64,000 nucleotides of DNA from an uncultured Gaiellaceae bacterium (GCA_963754175.1 CAVWES010000028.1:18701-82700), one strand, 5' to 3'; positions 22,034-32,860 are shown, counted from the first letter of the stretch. Notes: generated by a model from the sequence alone, not told the origin. Made by a program: numbers and translations.

Positions 22034-23258
22034 GTCTCTTCATCGCGATCCTCGGTCTCGCGTTCCTCATCCTCGTCCACGAGGCCGGGCACTTCTTCGC
22101 CTCGCTGGCCGTCGGGCTCCGTCCCCGCCGGTTCTACGTCGGCTTCCCGCCCGCGATCGCGAAGACGACCCGCAAGGGCATCGAGTACGGGATCGGCGCG
22201 ATCCCGCTCGGAGGCTTCGTGACGATTCCCGGCATGCACCGGCCGATCCCGCACGACGCCGAGCGCCGGTTCTCGCGCGCCGTGGAGGACGCGCCGGCGC
22301 TCGGCGGCTCGGTCGATCGCGTGAAGCGGTCACTGGAAGGCGACGACCTGACCTCGGCGGAGCACGCCGTCGACGACTTCGAAGAGGCGCTACGGGAGCA
22401 GAGCGTCTCGCCCGCGGCACTCGCCTCGGCCGAGAAGGGGATCACCGAGCTGCGCGACGCGCTCGGCGCGGACGCCTACTGGAAGGCGCCGACCTGGAAG
22501 CGGCTCGTCGCGATCGGCGCCGGCCCGGTGGCCAACATCGCCCTCGCGATCGTGCTCTTCACGTTCCTCTTCATGACCGTCGCCGGTCAGGCGACGCGGA
22601 CGGTCGAGACGGTCGCACCGGAGCTCACGACCGGTGTCGTCGTCGCCCGCGCAGTCGGTCGGCCTGCAGGCGGGGGACCGCATCGTCGCGATCGACGGGA
22701 AGCCCGTGAAGGCCGACGAGATCGCCGCGACGATCGGCGACTCCGGCGGCAAGAAGCTGACGCTGACCGTCCGGCGCAACGGCGAGGAGATTGACGCTCG
22801 GTCCCGTTGCCCCGCAGCTCGTCGACGACCGCTACCGGCTCGGCTTCGGGCTCGAGGGCGCAGGCCTCGGCTTCTTCCCCGCGTTCGGGCATGCGGTCAA
22901 GGTGACCGGCATCGTCTCGAAGGAGATCGTGAAGTCGCTCGGCCGGCTCGTCACGGGCAGCGGGCGCAACGAGGTCTCGAGCCCGATCGGGATCACCCGG
23001 GCGTCCTCCGACGCCGTCGAGCGCGGGGCGGACAGTTACCTCTGGGTCCTCGGGCTCATCTCGCTCTCGCTCGCGCTCCTGAACCTGCTGCCGCTGCTGC
23101 CGCTCGACGGAGGCCACATCCTGTTCACGCTGATCGAGGGCGCGCGCGGGCGCTTCCTGCGCCGCGAGATCTACGAGCGCGTCTCGATGGTCGGGCTCGC
23201 GGTGGTGTTACTTCTGTTCTTCGTCGGGCTCTCGAACGACATCGGCAAGCTGTCGTAG
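22030..23258 (+). CDS. rseP: M50 site-2 protease RseP/Rip1-like with a PDZ domain (2 frame switches)
   Basis: [29 protein letters not shown]...; PDZ part ...[18 protein letters not shown]...; C-terminal part ...[24 protein letters not shown]... in ORF 22791..23258. The ATG overlaps the dxr stop. Confidence 0.85.
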
Positions 23259-23271
23259 GTCGGCCAGCGAG

Positions 23272-24399
23272 GTGCAGATACGGGTCGGTGACGTCGCGAT
23301 CGGCGGCGGTGCGCCCGTCGTCGTGCAGTCGATGACGCTCACGAAGACGCACGACGCCGCCGCGACGACGGCGCAGATCGCCGCGCTCGCGTCGGCGGGC
23401 TGCGAGATCGTCCGCGTCGCCGTGCCGAAGAACGAGGATGCGGCGGCCCTGCCGCTCATCGTGCGCCTCTCGCCGATCCCCGTGATCGCGGACATCCACT
23501 TCAACGCGTCGCTCGCGCTGAAGGCGATCGAGGCGGGTGTTGCGGCGGTCCGCATCAACCCCGGCAACATCGGCGGGCCGGACAAGGTCGAGCAGGTCGT
23601 GCGCGCCGCGAAGAAGGCAGGGATCCCGATGCGCATCGGCGCGAACTCGGGCTCGCTGCCGAAGCACCTCTTCGAGCTCGCGCACCAGGATCAGGCAGAG
23701 GCGCTCGTCGCAGCGGCGCTCGAGGAGGTCGAGCTGCTCGAGAAGCTCGAGTACCGCGATTTCAAGATCTCGGTCAAGGCGACGCACGTGCCGACGATGA
23801 TCCGCGCGTACCGGATGCTCGCCGCAAGGGTGCCGTACCCGCTCCACCTCGGCGTCACCGAGGCCGGCACGGAGTTCGCGGGCGCGATCAAGAGCTCGGT
23901 CGGGATCGGCTCGCTCCTCGCCGACGGGATCGGCGACACGATGCGTGTCTCGCTCACCGCCGACCCCGTGAAGGAGGTCGAGGTCGCATGGGAGATCCTC
24001 AAGGCGCTCGGCCTCCGCGAGCGAGGGCCGGTGATGATCGCCTGCCCGTCCTGCGGACGCGACAACGTCGGCGTCGAGAGCCTCGCGCGGGTCGTCGAGG
24101 ATCGCCTGCGTGCCTATCCCGAGGCGTTCGAGGTCGCGGTCATGGGCTGCGCGGTGAACGGACCGGGTGAGGCAGGCGACGCGGACTTCGGCATCGCGGG
24201 CGGGCGCGACGTCGGGTTCATCTACGCGCACGGCCGCGTGCTCAAGAAGGTGCCGTCGGAGACGCTCATCGACGAGCTCTTCGTCGAGATCGACCGCTGG
24301 CTCGCCGAGGGGATGAAGCGCCCGAAGCGGCTCAAGATGGCCAAGCCGGCGGCGCTCGCCATGGCCGAAGCCTCGCTGATTCCCTCTCGACTAGCCTAG
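23272..24399 (+). CDS. ispG: 4-hydroxy-3-methylbut-2-enyl diphosphate synthase
   Basis: Intact ORF: ...[13 protein letters not shown]...VRVAVP...VIADIHFN...RINPGNIG...HLGVTEAG...ACPSCGR...[11 protein letters not shown]. Confidence 0.95.
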   Translation: MQIRVGDVAIGGGAPVVVQSMTLTKTHDAAATTAQIAALASAGCEIVRVAVPKNEDAAALPLIVRLSPIPVIADIHFNASLALKAIEAGVAAVRINPGNIGGPDKVEQVVRAAKKAGIPMRIGANSGSLPKHLFELAHQDQAEALVAAALEEVELLEKLEYRDFKISVKATHVPTMIRAYRMLAARVPYPLHLGVTEAGTEFAGAIKSSVGIGSLLADGIGDTMRVSLTADPVKEVEVAWEILKALGLRERGPVMIACPSCGRDNVGVESLARVVEDRLRAYPEAFEVAVMGCAVNGPGEAGDADFGIAGGRDVGFIYAHGRVLKKVPSETLIDELFVEIDRWLAEGMKRPKRLKMAKPAALAMAEASLIPSRLA

Positions 24400-26098
<1,699 letters not shown>

Positions 26099-26099
<1 letters not shown>

Positions 26100-26395
26100 T
26101 GGCCAGACGGCGCAGATACAGCGACGACCCCTTCGGCCCGACGATCGAGCGGCTGATGGCGGAGACGGGTACGACGTACAGAGGGCTCGCCGACAAGGCG
26201 GATCTCTCGGCCGGATACCTCAACCACATCGTCCACGGGAACCGCCCGGTGCCGTCGAACGACGTCATCGCGCGCATCGCGGAGTCCCTCGGCGTCGAGC
26301 CGGAGCACTTCCGCGAGTACCGCATCCGCGTGATCACGGACAAGCTCGAGGCGATGCCCGAGCTCATCGACCGCCTCTACAAGCGCCTCGCGTAA
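26099..26395 (+). CDS. XRE-family helix-turn-helix transcriptional regulator (98 aa)
   Basis: Tail of ORF 24908..26395: MARRRRYSDDPFGPTIERLMAETGTTYRGLADKADLSAGYLNHIVHGNRPVPSNDVIARIAESLGV. The ATG overlaps the proS stop (TGATG). Confidence 0.8.
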
Positions 26396-26415
26396 GAAGG
26401 GTCGCGCCGATCCCT

Positions 26416-26432
26416 TGTGACACGGCGTCACA
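26416..26432. promoter_or_regulatory. Perfect 6-5-6 palindrome TGTGAC-acggc-GTCACA (candidate operator)
   Basis: Read directly from the sequence. It lies 21 nt after the XRE gene stop and 53 nt before the sigma-fragment ORF. Confidence 0.3.
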
Positions 26433-26484
26433 TGGGCGTGCGCATGGATAACTTCGCGGCGGCCGCGACGTACTAGAGGACAGA

Positions 26485-26811
26485 GTGCGCCGCCGGCCCG
26501 ACACGGAGCTCGTCGTTCTCGCCCGCGAAGGGTCGACGGAGGCAGCGGGCGCGCTCTTCGACCGCTACTGGGTCCTTGCGTGGCGCGCCGCCTATGCGGT
26601 CACCGCCGATCGCGGGCTGGCGGACGACGCCGGTCAGGAGGCCTTCGTGAAGGCTTTCGCCGCGCTCGACCGCTTCGACGAGACCCAACCCTTCGCGCCC
26701 TGGCTCAAGCGCATCGCGATCAACGCGGCAGTCGATTCCCTCCGTCGGAGTCGGCGGCTGGAGGTCGTCCACGACGAGGAGAGCACCTACCACGCAGTGG
26801 GCGCTCGGTGA
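26485..26811 (+). CDS. ECF-type sigma-70 factor with region 2 only (C-terminally truncated or decayed)
   Basis: ...LVVLAREGSTEAAGALFDRYWVLAWRAAYAVTADRGLADDAGQEAFVKAFAALDRFDETQPFAPWLKRIAINAAVDSLRR. There is no intact region 4 downstream in any frame. Confidence 0.6.
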   Translation: MRRRPDTELVVLAREGSTEAAGALFDRYWVLAWRAAYAVTADRGLADDAGQEAFVKAFAALDRFDETQPFAPWLKRIAINAAVDSLRRSRRLEVVHDEESTYHAVGAR

Positions 26812-27068
26812 GTCCGCCGTAGGACGGATCTCGCGGCCGCATGACGGCGCCGCCGTAGCGGACTCGTCCGGGGGCGCGTCCTCGGCGAGGGACAGGTAGC
26901 CGAGGCCGCAAAGTTGTCGTCGAGGCGCTCGGCACCGGACCGGCGGTCGACCTCCGTCGAGGAGACCGCCGGGCGCTCATGCCGTTCGTCGCGCTCCTGT
27001 CGATCCTCCCGCTCGGGTTCGTGCTCTACCGGCGCAACCTCTGAGAGCGGCTAAGGTTGGCGACGCCC

Positions 27069-27108
27069 CGGGGCGTGGCGCAGCCTGGTTAGCGCGCTGG
27101 TCTGGGGG
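27069..27108 (+). pseudogene. Ghost 5' half of a tRNA-Pro(GGG): acceptor 5' strand, D-arm, 5' anticodon stem and anticodon loop only
   Basis: CGGGGCG-TG-GCGC-AGCCTGGTTA-GCGC-G-CTGGT-CTGGGGG. Complementarity then stops (ATATG instead of ACCAG). There is no T-arm or 3' acceptor strand. Confidence 0.6.
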
Positions 27109-27194
27109 ATATGCGACATTTGCGCAGAATGTGGCTTAGGTAAGCGAAGAACGGAGCCGAATCGCGAGTCATTCGAAGTTCGTCCGAAGTGCAT

Positions 27195-27268
27195 CGGGGC
27201 GTGGCGTAGCCTGGTAGCGCGTCCGGCTGGGGGCCGGAAGGTCGCAGGTTCAAATCCTGCCGCCCCGA
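27195..27268 (+). tRNA. tRNA-Pro (anticodon GGG)
   Basis: Manual cloverleaf: CGGGGCG TG GCGT AGCCTGGTA GCGC G TCCGG CTGGGGG CCGGA AGGTC GCAGG TTCAAAT CCTGC CGCCCCG A. CCA is not encoded. Confidence 0.9.
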
Positions 27269-27527
27269 CTGAGCAGGCGCAGCTCGACCCGGGCTGACCG
27301 ACCATCCACTTCGATATCGTCGCGGCCGCGATTCCCGTATGGCGCCGCGAACGTCGGATTGGTCGAGGTTGATAAGGAGCTTTCTGCGAGCCGCAGGCCT
27401 CGTGAGACGTGGTGCAACCCGACGAGCCGATCGCACCCCGGTCAAGTAGGGGTCGAGCGAGGGGGAGGTGGCGGGACGATGCCCCCTCGGGGCGGTTCAG
27501 CAGGCTCGGCACGGAACGACCAGCTCA

Positions 27528-27713
27528 GTGATCGTCTACGCGATCATCGACGCACGCTCGTCACCCGACCATCCGCTCGGCGACGCCATCGAGACCCTTG
27601 TCCGCCGCGAGGACGCGGAGCGCTTCGTCGAGGAGGTACGCAGTGACGATCCCGAGCTCGGGAGCTACCTGCGGATCGAGGAGCGGGAGCTGGAGGCGGG
27701 AAGGCTGATCTAG
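27528..27713 (+). CDS. Hypothetical small protein (about 61 aa)
   Basis: Tail of ORF 27468..27713: VIVYAIIDARSSPDHPLGDAIETLVRREDAERFVEEVRSDDPELGSYLRIEERELEAGRLI. A decayed paralogue lies near 28816..28975 on the minus strand. Confidence 0.5.
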   Translation: MIVYAIIDARSSPDHPLGDAIETLVRREDAERFVEEVRSDDPELGSYLRIEERELEAGRLI

Positions 27714-27907
27714 CGCTTTCTCTCCCTCTCCAATGCGACGATCCCGATGAGGAACGCCACGATGATCGCCACCGCGATCGCTTGTAGCAGCCAGTCCGTT
27801 CCTGCCACCGCGAAAAACGCCAAGCTCGCGACGAGCACGAAGAGTGACAGGCATCCACCGCAACCGAGACAACTGAAGCCTCCGTCGTCTGGGCCTCGAT
27901 CATTCAT
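27710..27907 (-). CDS. Hypothetical small Cys-rich membrane protein (65 aa, 2 predicted TM segments)
   Basis: ORF: ...GGFSCLGCGGCLSLFVLVASLAFFAVAGTDWLLQAIAVAIIVAFLIGIVAL... Confidence 0.45.
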   Translation of the reverse strand: MNDRGPDDGGFSCLGCGGCLSLFVLVASLAFFAVAGTDWLLQAIAVAIIVAFLIGIVALERERKR

Positions 27908-28024
27908 TGTGGCCGATCCTAAACCGGTCGCTTGGGTCGGGGGGGTCGTGAGGGTCGGCTACGCGGGGAGGATCCCGGACCTGCGGAGATGCTCCGCGTC
28001 CTTGCGAACGAAGGAGTCTGTGGC

Positions 28025-28434
28025 ATGGATCGAAGACAAGCGGGTCTCTGGGCAACGCTCTTGTTCTCGGCGGCGGCGGTCGTCGGCGTGCTTCTCCAAG
28101 TCTTCTTCATCGGGGCCTACATCTTCGGAGAGCCCGACGCGCTCGACATCCACAAAGATCTGGGCAAGCTCGTCCATCTCTTCTACGTCCTGACATTCGT
28201 TGCTGCTCTGGTGGCAGCGTGGCCTGCATGGCGTCGAACCGGCTGGCCGTTCGCGCTCGCAGTCGTCGGCAGCGTCCAGGCATTTCTTGCCGGTGGAGAC
28301 GACGTGAGCCCTGGATTCACGCGTTTCACGCCGCGCTCGTGCCGATTGTCTTCGTGATCGCGCTTCGGATCGCCATGCGTACCAAGGACACGCTCGGCCT
28401 CGGGACGGCTTCCTCACCGGCTGACCGTGCTTGA
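28025..28434 (+). CDS. Integral membrane protein, DUF6220-like (1 frame switch near 28310)
   Basis: MDRRQAGLWATLLFSAAAVVGVLLQVFFIGAYIFGEPDALDIHKDLGKLVHLFYVLTFVAALVAAW..., then ...WIHAFHAALVPIVFVIALRIAMR in ORF 28219..28434. The family assignment is from memory of DUF6220 architecture. Confidence 0.6.
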
Positions 28435-28815
28435 AGCCTTCGGCAACGCGACGTAGGGTCAAGTCGCCGGGTCTCTGCGGCGGTTCACTTCCCAAGCGCG
28501 CCTTGGGTGGCCCACCTGTGGAGGCCCGGCTCTCTACTGACGACTCGCGTTCCAAGGGCTACGGGGCGCGGCGTCGTCACCGCCCCGTTCGCGATCTTGC
28601 CGTCATGACGCTCCCGTCCGGAACGTTGAGCACCACCGCAGAGCCCGTCCCGCCGAGCGCGATGCCTAGTTCGAGACAGGCGACACCAGAGCCGCCGGCG
28701 GTGGGCGGAGCGAGATCTTGCGCATTTTCCCTCTCCTTCTCGAGGTGATCCGAGGCCGCAAGTGATCGTATGGCACGTAGACGACAGCAGGCGATTGTCC
28801 GGCTTGACGGAACGA

Positions 28816-28975
28816 TCGGTTCAGCCCGCCCGCGTCGAGCTCGCGCGCCTCGATCCGCAGGTGGCTCGCGGGTCCGGATCGTCGTCAGCGATCTCGTTGC
28901 GCGAGGCTCGCAACCCTCGCGGCGGCTCTCGCCGAAGTGCTGGAAGCTCGGCTCACTCATCCGACGCGCGTGTGA
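28816..28975 (-). pseudogene. Decayed paralogue of the 27528..27713 small protein
   Basis: My minus-strand translation across frames gives ...NEIADDDPDPRAT / HLRIEARELDAGGLN. Compare ...EVRSDDPELGSYLRIEERELEAGRLI in the intact copy. No single open frame covers it. Confidence 0.3.
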
Positions 28976-29009
28976 AGCTCTCGGCCAACGCCGACGAAGG
29001 AGGCATTTG

Positions 29010-29213
29010 ATGCTCTTGGCCTTCAACCATTGGTACTTGTACGGAGGAGTGCTTGGCCTCCTCTGGCTGGCCTGTTTGCTTTCCGCCGGGGTGCTGACTT
29101 GGAAGCACGACCACAAGGTCATGTTCTTCGTCGGGTTCATCGTCCCCATCCTCTGGATCGTCGGGGCTGTGTGGGACCCGCCGCCTCCCTATCAGCCGGG
29201 CTCCCGGCCTTAG
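29010..29213 (+). CDS. Hypothetical small membrane protein (67 aa)
   Basis: Tail of ORF 28770..29213: MLLAFNHWYLYGGVLGLLWLACLLSAGVLTWKHDHKVMFFVGFIVPILWIVGAVWDPPPPYQPGSRP. A GAAGGAGG sequence lies upstream. Confidence 0.5.
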   Translation: MLLAFNHWYLYGGVLGLLWLACLLSAGVLTWKHDHKVMFFVGFIVPILWIVGAVWDPPPPYQPGSRP

Positions 29214-29658
29214 GGCGGGCATGATTGCTACCGATCGTAGACATCAGTCGTCGAGCGCTTGCCTCCTGAACAACGCTGGGGACCGAGATCCCGCATCGCG
29301 GGAGGGTGCAGCGCTACTCGTGACCCATGCAAAGGCGAACAGGGCGCCCCCCCTACCCGCCCCCCCCCCCAGCATGATTGCCGTCAGCTGCGCGAACCTC
29401 ACGGGGAGCGTCCCGCCGCATTGATGGCTCGCCTCCCTTAGTCGCTTCCAGCCACGATGCGTTCGTCGAAGATGGCACCGCACGCTCAAGAAGTGCTCAA
29501 CGCAGGAGGTGTCAGCGGCCGAACTCGGGTCATCGCGAGGGCCGTGGTCGGCTACGCACGAAACGTGCACGGCTTCGGAGGTTCCCCCGCACGAGGGAGA
29601 TGGAAGCCGCGCCGGAGCGCCGATGACCCAGCTACCCAGATCCTCCCCAGTTCTTCCC

Positions 29659-29694
29659 AGAGCGGCCGCCCCCAGCGGCCGCTCTTTCGTTCTG
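29659..29694 (+). terminator. Intrinsic-terminator-like hairpin
   Basis: AGAGCGGCCGC-CCCCA-GCGGCCGCTCT (11-bp perfect stem) followed by TTCGTTCTG. No convincing ORF ends just upstream. Confidence 0.45.
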
Positions 29695-29974
29695 CGGGAG
29701 GTGCGCTCTCCGCTCCGGTGCGCGCAGCGCAAGGCGGACCTGATCGGGGCCTACACGAGTGCGACCGCGAATTGAAGCGGCAGCCAGATCGCCCAGACGA
29801 CGATCGCCAGGATGACGAGAAGGGGGAGTTCGGGTTGCATGTCGTGTAAGACGCCGCGACGGGCCATTCCTGACGCCGCGTACGGTCGTCGTTGACGCGC
29901 CCTACGAGGGTCGCGCGCGCTAGCGCGAACTAGATTCATACTGTCTACTCTGACTCGGAGGCGACCCGTGAGTC

Positions 29975-30169
29975 TTGGCCCGGCGGAGGAGCATTGCGGC
30001 GAGCGAACCGAACAGGGTGACGGAGCCGTGCTCGGAATGTGGGCGAGAGCCGTCCGACGAGAGTCGCGCTCTCGACGAGTGGCGGATCGAGTCCGACGGC
30101 CTTGGCGAGCTCCATACGTTCTGCCCGACGTGCTGGGACCGCGAGTTCGGCGCCGGACAGTTGGACTGA
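29975..30169 (+). CDS. Hypothetical small zinc-ribbon protein (CxxC...CxxC)
   Basis: ORF: ...VTEPCSECGREPSDESRALDEWRIESDGLGELHTFCPTCWDREFGAGQLD. The true start may be the internal GTG near 30017. Confidence 0.55.
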   Translation: MARRRSIAASEPNRVTEPCSECGREPSDESRALDEWRIESDGLGELHTFCPTCWDREFGAGQLD

Positions 30170-30258
30170 AGCCCGCTGCGCCTCGCTCGTGCTTTAGTGC
30201 GTCGATCACTGCGTCCATCTTCGAAAGCGGGGCCGTCTACTACCCGACGCTCCTGGGA

Positions 30259-30543
30259 GTGCCGGTCATCGTCGGTGCGGTGCTCGGCTGGCGGAAGCCC
30301 GAGCGTCGTGCGCTCTGGATCCTGCTCGCCGCCGTCCTGGCGCTCGTCCTGCTCGACTTCGCGTTCGACGACACTCGGTTCGAGGACATCCCGTTCTTCG
30401 TGGTGGTCGGCGTCTTCCTCTTCGGACTGGGACTTCTCGCACGCGCGATCGCGAAGGCGCTGGCCCGGCGCCAGGCCGGGCCTAGGCTCTCGACGCTACG
30501 TGGAGACGACGCCCTCGTGCTCGTCTGCCAACTCGGTGACTGA
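30259..30543 (+). CDS. Hypothetical membrane protein (start uncertain)
   Basis: Tail of ORF 29968..30543: VPVIVGAVLGWRKPERRALWILLAAVLALVLLDFAFDDTRFEDIPFFVVVGVFLFGLGLLARAIAKAL... Confidence 0.35.
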   Translation: MPVIVGAVLGWRKPERRALWILLAAVLALVLLDFAFDDTRFEDIPFFVVVGVFLFGLGLLARAIAKALARRQAGPRLSTLRGDDALVLVCQLGD

Positions 30544-31164
30544 TTCGGTAGTGACGCCGGCCTTGCTACGGAAGAGCCAGACTCCCACGACGATCAACCA
30601 CGGCGGAATGAAGAGCGACCCGAGAAAGCCGATCGGCGTGAGCTGTGTTGCCCCGAGGACGATGGTCGCCCATGCAAGCCAGCTCGGCAGCATTCCGTTG
30701 CGACGCGCACCGAGTCCCGTAGCGAGTAGCACGGCTGCCCACGCTGCGTTGAACGTCAGCCAGTCGTACGAATGGAGTTGGCTGAGCGCGTAGACGGCTT
30801 CCTGATGGCCTTCGTGCGCCGCATTCGCTGCTGCGCCTTCGAGCTCTCCGATGAGTGCGAACCCCGCAGCGCCGAGGATCGCGCCTCCGAACGCGACCGA
30901 ACCATGACCGGAGTCGCGGGTGTTGCTCCGCAAGCTTCGCTGCAGCCCCGCCCCGAAGAAGATGAGCATGAGCGCGACCAAGGGTGCGAGGAGGAGGCCG
31001 GAGATCTGATGCTGTCCCCGGTTGTCTCTCCACCACGAGAACGTCTCTTCGAACGAGGTCTCACTGTTCGGAATGCTGTACGTCAACGTGAGTCCGGCGG
31101 CGAGCAAGAGTCCAGCGAGCACTCCTGCGAGCGGCAGGAAGCGTGCGAACCGGTCTGAAGGCAC
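30496..31164 (-). CDS. Hypothetical integral membrane protein (222 aa)
   Basis: Intact ORF with several hydrophobic spans: MPSDRFARFLPLAGVLAGLLLAAGL...ISGLLLAPLVALMLIFFGAGL...WAAVLLATGLG...FIPPWLIVVGVWLF. Confidence 0.7.
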   Translation of the reverse strand: MPSDRFARFLPLAGVLAGLLLAAGLTLTYSIPNSETSFEETFSWWRDNRGQHQISGLLLAPLVALMLIFFGAGLQRSLRSNTRDSGHGSVAFGGAILGAAGFALIGELEGAAANAAHEGHQEAVYALSQLHSYDWLTFNAAWAAVLLATGLGARRNGMLPSWLAWATIVLGATQLTPIGFLGSLFIPPWLIVVGVWLFRSKAGVTTESVTELADEHEGVVST

Positions 31165-31237
31165 GTAGCTCCTCTCTAGGGTCGAGCGACTCTACAAGGG
31201 TGCAGACTCGGTGCCAGGGCTTCGAGCGTGCGAAACT

Positions 31238-31271
31238 GGCTGGCGCCGCACTCCGCCGCGCGGCGCCAGCC
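31238..31271 (-). terminator. 12-bp GC-rich hairpin downstream of the Ig-like repeat gene
   Basis: GGCTGGCGCCGC-(10 nt)-GCGGCGCCAGCC. On the minus strand it is followed by AGTTTCG. Confidence 0.5.
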
Positions 31272-31284
31272 TGTGCTTCGTGCG

Positions 31285-32289
31285 CTAGCGACGGAACGTG
31301 CGCACAGCCGGGGCGCTCGTCAGCCCCGAGACGTCACGTGCACGCAGCGTGATCGTGTAGCGGCCCGGCCCACGGAAGCGCTGTGCAGGTAGCCAGCTCC
31401 GCGTGTACGCACCGCACGGACGCGGCGGGACACGCGTCGCAAAGCGACGCAGAGCCGGCCGCACGCCGGGACGCGTCTCGCGGACGAGGATGCCGAGATT
31501 CGTCGCCGTGTCATCGCACACGCGGAAGCGGACGTACACCTTCGCCCCGAGGAACGTCACCTTCAGAATCCGCAGCGTCGGCCGCTTGTTCGTGACCGGC
31601 GTGGTCGGCTGGACGACCGCGGTAGGCAGTGAGGTCGCCGTCCCCGAACGTTCATCCTTGCGTGCGACGACCTGTACTCGCAGGCGGAAGCCGAGATCTG
31701 CAAGTCGAACGCCGTACGTGCGACCCGTCGCCCCGGTCACGTCGAGACAGGTGATCGCGTCGATGTTGCAGCGCTGCCACTGGAACGAGAAGGACGTCGG
31801 ACTCCCTGTCCATGTGCCCTCGCTCGCGGTGAGCTCCTGCCCGACGCGGGCTTCGCCGGCGATCGTCGGCCGAGCCGTGTTCGAGAGCGGGGCGGCGTTC
31901 GAGCCGACGACTTCCGTCTGCTCCGAGCGAGCGTTCGTGGAACCGTCGGCGTTCACGGCCGTGACACGCACTCGCAACGTGTTTCCGACATCCGCCTGGG
32001 CGACTCTGTACGTCTTGCCGTCGGCCGCGAGGAGCGCGCAGCTGTTACCGCCTCGGTTGCAGCGCAACCAGCGATAGCGGAACTCGGTCGGGCTGTTGTC
32101 CCATGTGCCGTTCTGAGCAGTGAGCAACTCGCCGACGCGAGCCGTGCCGGTAATCGTCGGAGGCTCGACATTGACCGGAGCAGCAGTCACCGCAGGGCTC
32201 GCGGCAGCAACGACGATGAGCATCCACAGGGCCGCGGACAAGAGGACGCCTGTGAACGCAGTCGTAGATCGCTTTTGCCTCTGGATCAT
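31285..32289 (-). CDS. Secreted protein with tandem Ig-like (Cys-pair) repeats
   Basis: Start at MIQRQKRSTTAFTGVLLSAALWMLIVVAAASPAVTA (signal peptide, AAGGGGGAAGAG upstream). Repeats are of the form P.I.G.ARVG..LTA..G.W...PT.F.Y.W.RC......C....GATG.TY.V..AD.G..LRV.V.A. Confidence 0.8.
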   Translation of the reverse strand: MIQRQKRSTTAFTGVLLSAALWMLIVVAAASPAVTAAPVNVEPPTITGTARVGELLTAQNGTWDNSPTEFRYRWLRCNRGGNSCALLAADGKTYRVAQADVGNTLRVRVTAVNADGSTNARSEQTEVVGSNAAPLSNTARPTIAGEARVGQELTASEGTWTGSPTSFSFQWQRCNIDAITCLDVTGATGRTYGVRLADLGFRLRVQVVARKDERSGTATSLPTAVVQPTTPVTNKRPTLRILKVTFLGAKVYVRFRVCDDTATNLGILVRETRPGVRPALRRFATRVPPRPCGAYTRSWLPAQRFRGPGRYTITLRARDVSGLTSAPAVRTFRR

Positions 32290-32638
32290 CTCTTCCCCCT
32301 TGGTCTCGCTAGACGGAGAGAGGATTTCCATTCGTGAAAACGCGAAAACGCCTCTTTCGAGGGAATTACAAGATGCGAACACGACGCAGCGAAGTGTTCG
32401 CGTCGCCCGATCGGAAGACGCCCGCCGGGACGACAGCGTGAACCGCTCGGTCGCGGAGCCGCTCATGCATGCGCAGACGTGCGCCGATGAGGGAACCGAA
32501 GGCCGGACCGGCCGCGTATCTCCTCCTCAGGGGAGAGGGGAATCGGAGGACGCAAGCCGACCCGGCAAGGTCGGCTTCGTTCCTCCCGGCGCCGGTCCTC
32601 CATTCGCCGACGAACGCATGTTCGTATAGCCTCTCCTG

Positions 32639-32860
32639 GTGGAGGTCGCCGGACTCGGAAAGCGCTATGAGATCCACTTCCCGGACGGAACCGTCGAGCG
32701 CGGCTCCTTCGTCGGTCCGCCAAGGAGCCCGAGGAGAATCCGGCTGGCGGCGTGGTGGAGGTCGTCGCGCCACGGACGCCGAGTTCGAGGACATCGACTA
32801 CGAGCTACGTCGAGGCTGCCGAGCTATCGACGACGCCCCCGTAGCGGCGCACGTCGCGGT
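32639..32860 (+). CDS. Hypothetical small protein; possible third member of a local paralogue set (frame-disrupted)
   Basis: ORF 32639 begins ...KRYEIHFPDGTVERGSFVGPP, resembling the N-termini of the next two ORFs. The continuation is ambiguous between frames. Confidence 0.3.

Noticed and set aside
27069-27268. The idea that the half-tRNA plus the downstream sequence forms an intron-containing or split tRNA-Pro.
   Set aside because: The 3' partner of the first anticodon stem (ACCAG) is absent. The downstream element is a complete tRNA with its own, different 5' half. The 86-nt spacer shows no group I-like pairing that I can see.
28577-29149. A 190-aa minus-strand ORF spanning the 28.6-29.1 kb gap.
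   Set aside because: Its composition is non-coding-like over most of its length. It overlaps the better-supported plus-strand 67-aa membrane ORF. Only a short part (28816..28975, in mixed frames) shows homology, to the 27528 small protein, and that is recorded as a decayed paralogue instead.
29347-29370. C7 and C11 homopolymer tracts as a phase-variation switch.
   Set aside because: No credible ORF or promoter-to-gene arrangement spans or follows the tracts. Homopolymer length is exactly what this error-prone consensus cannot be trusted on.
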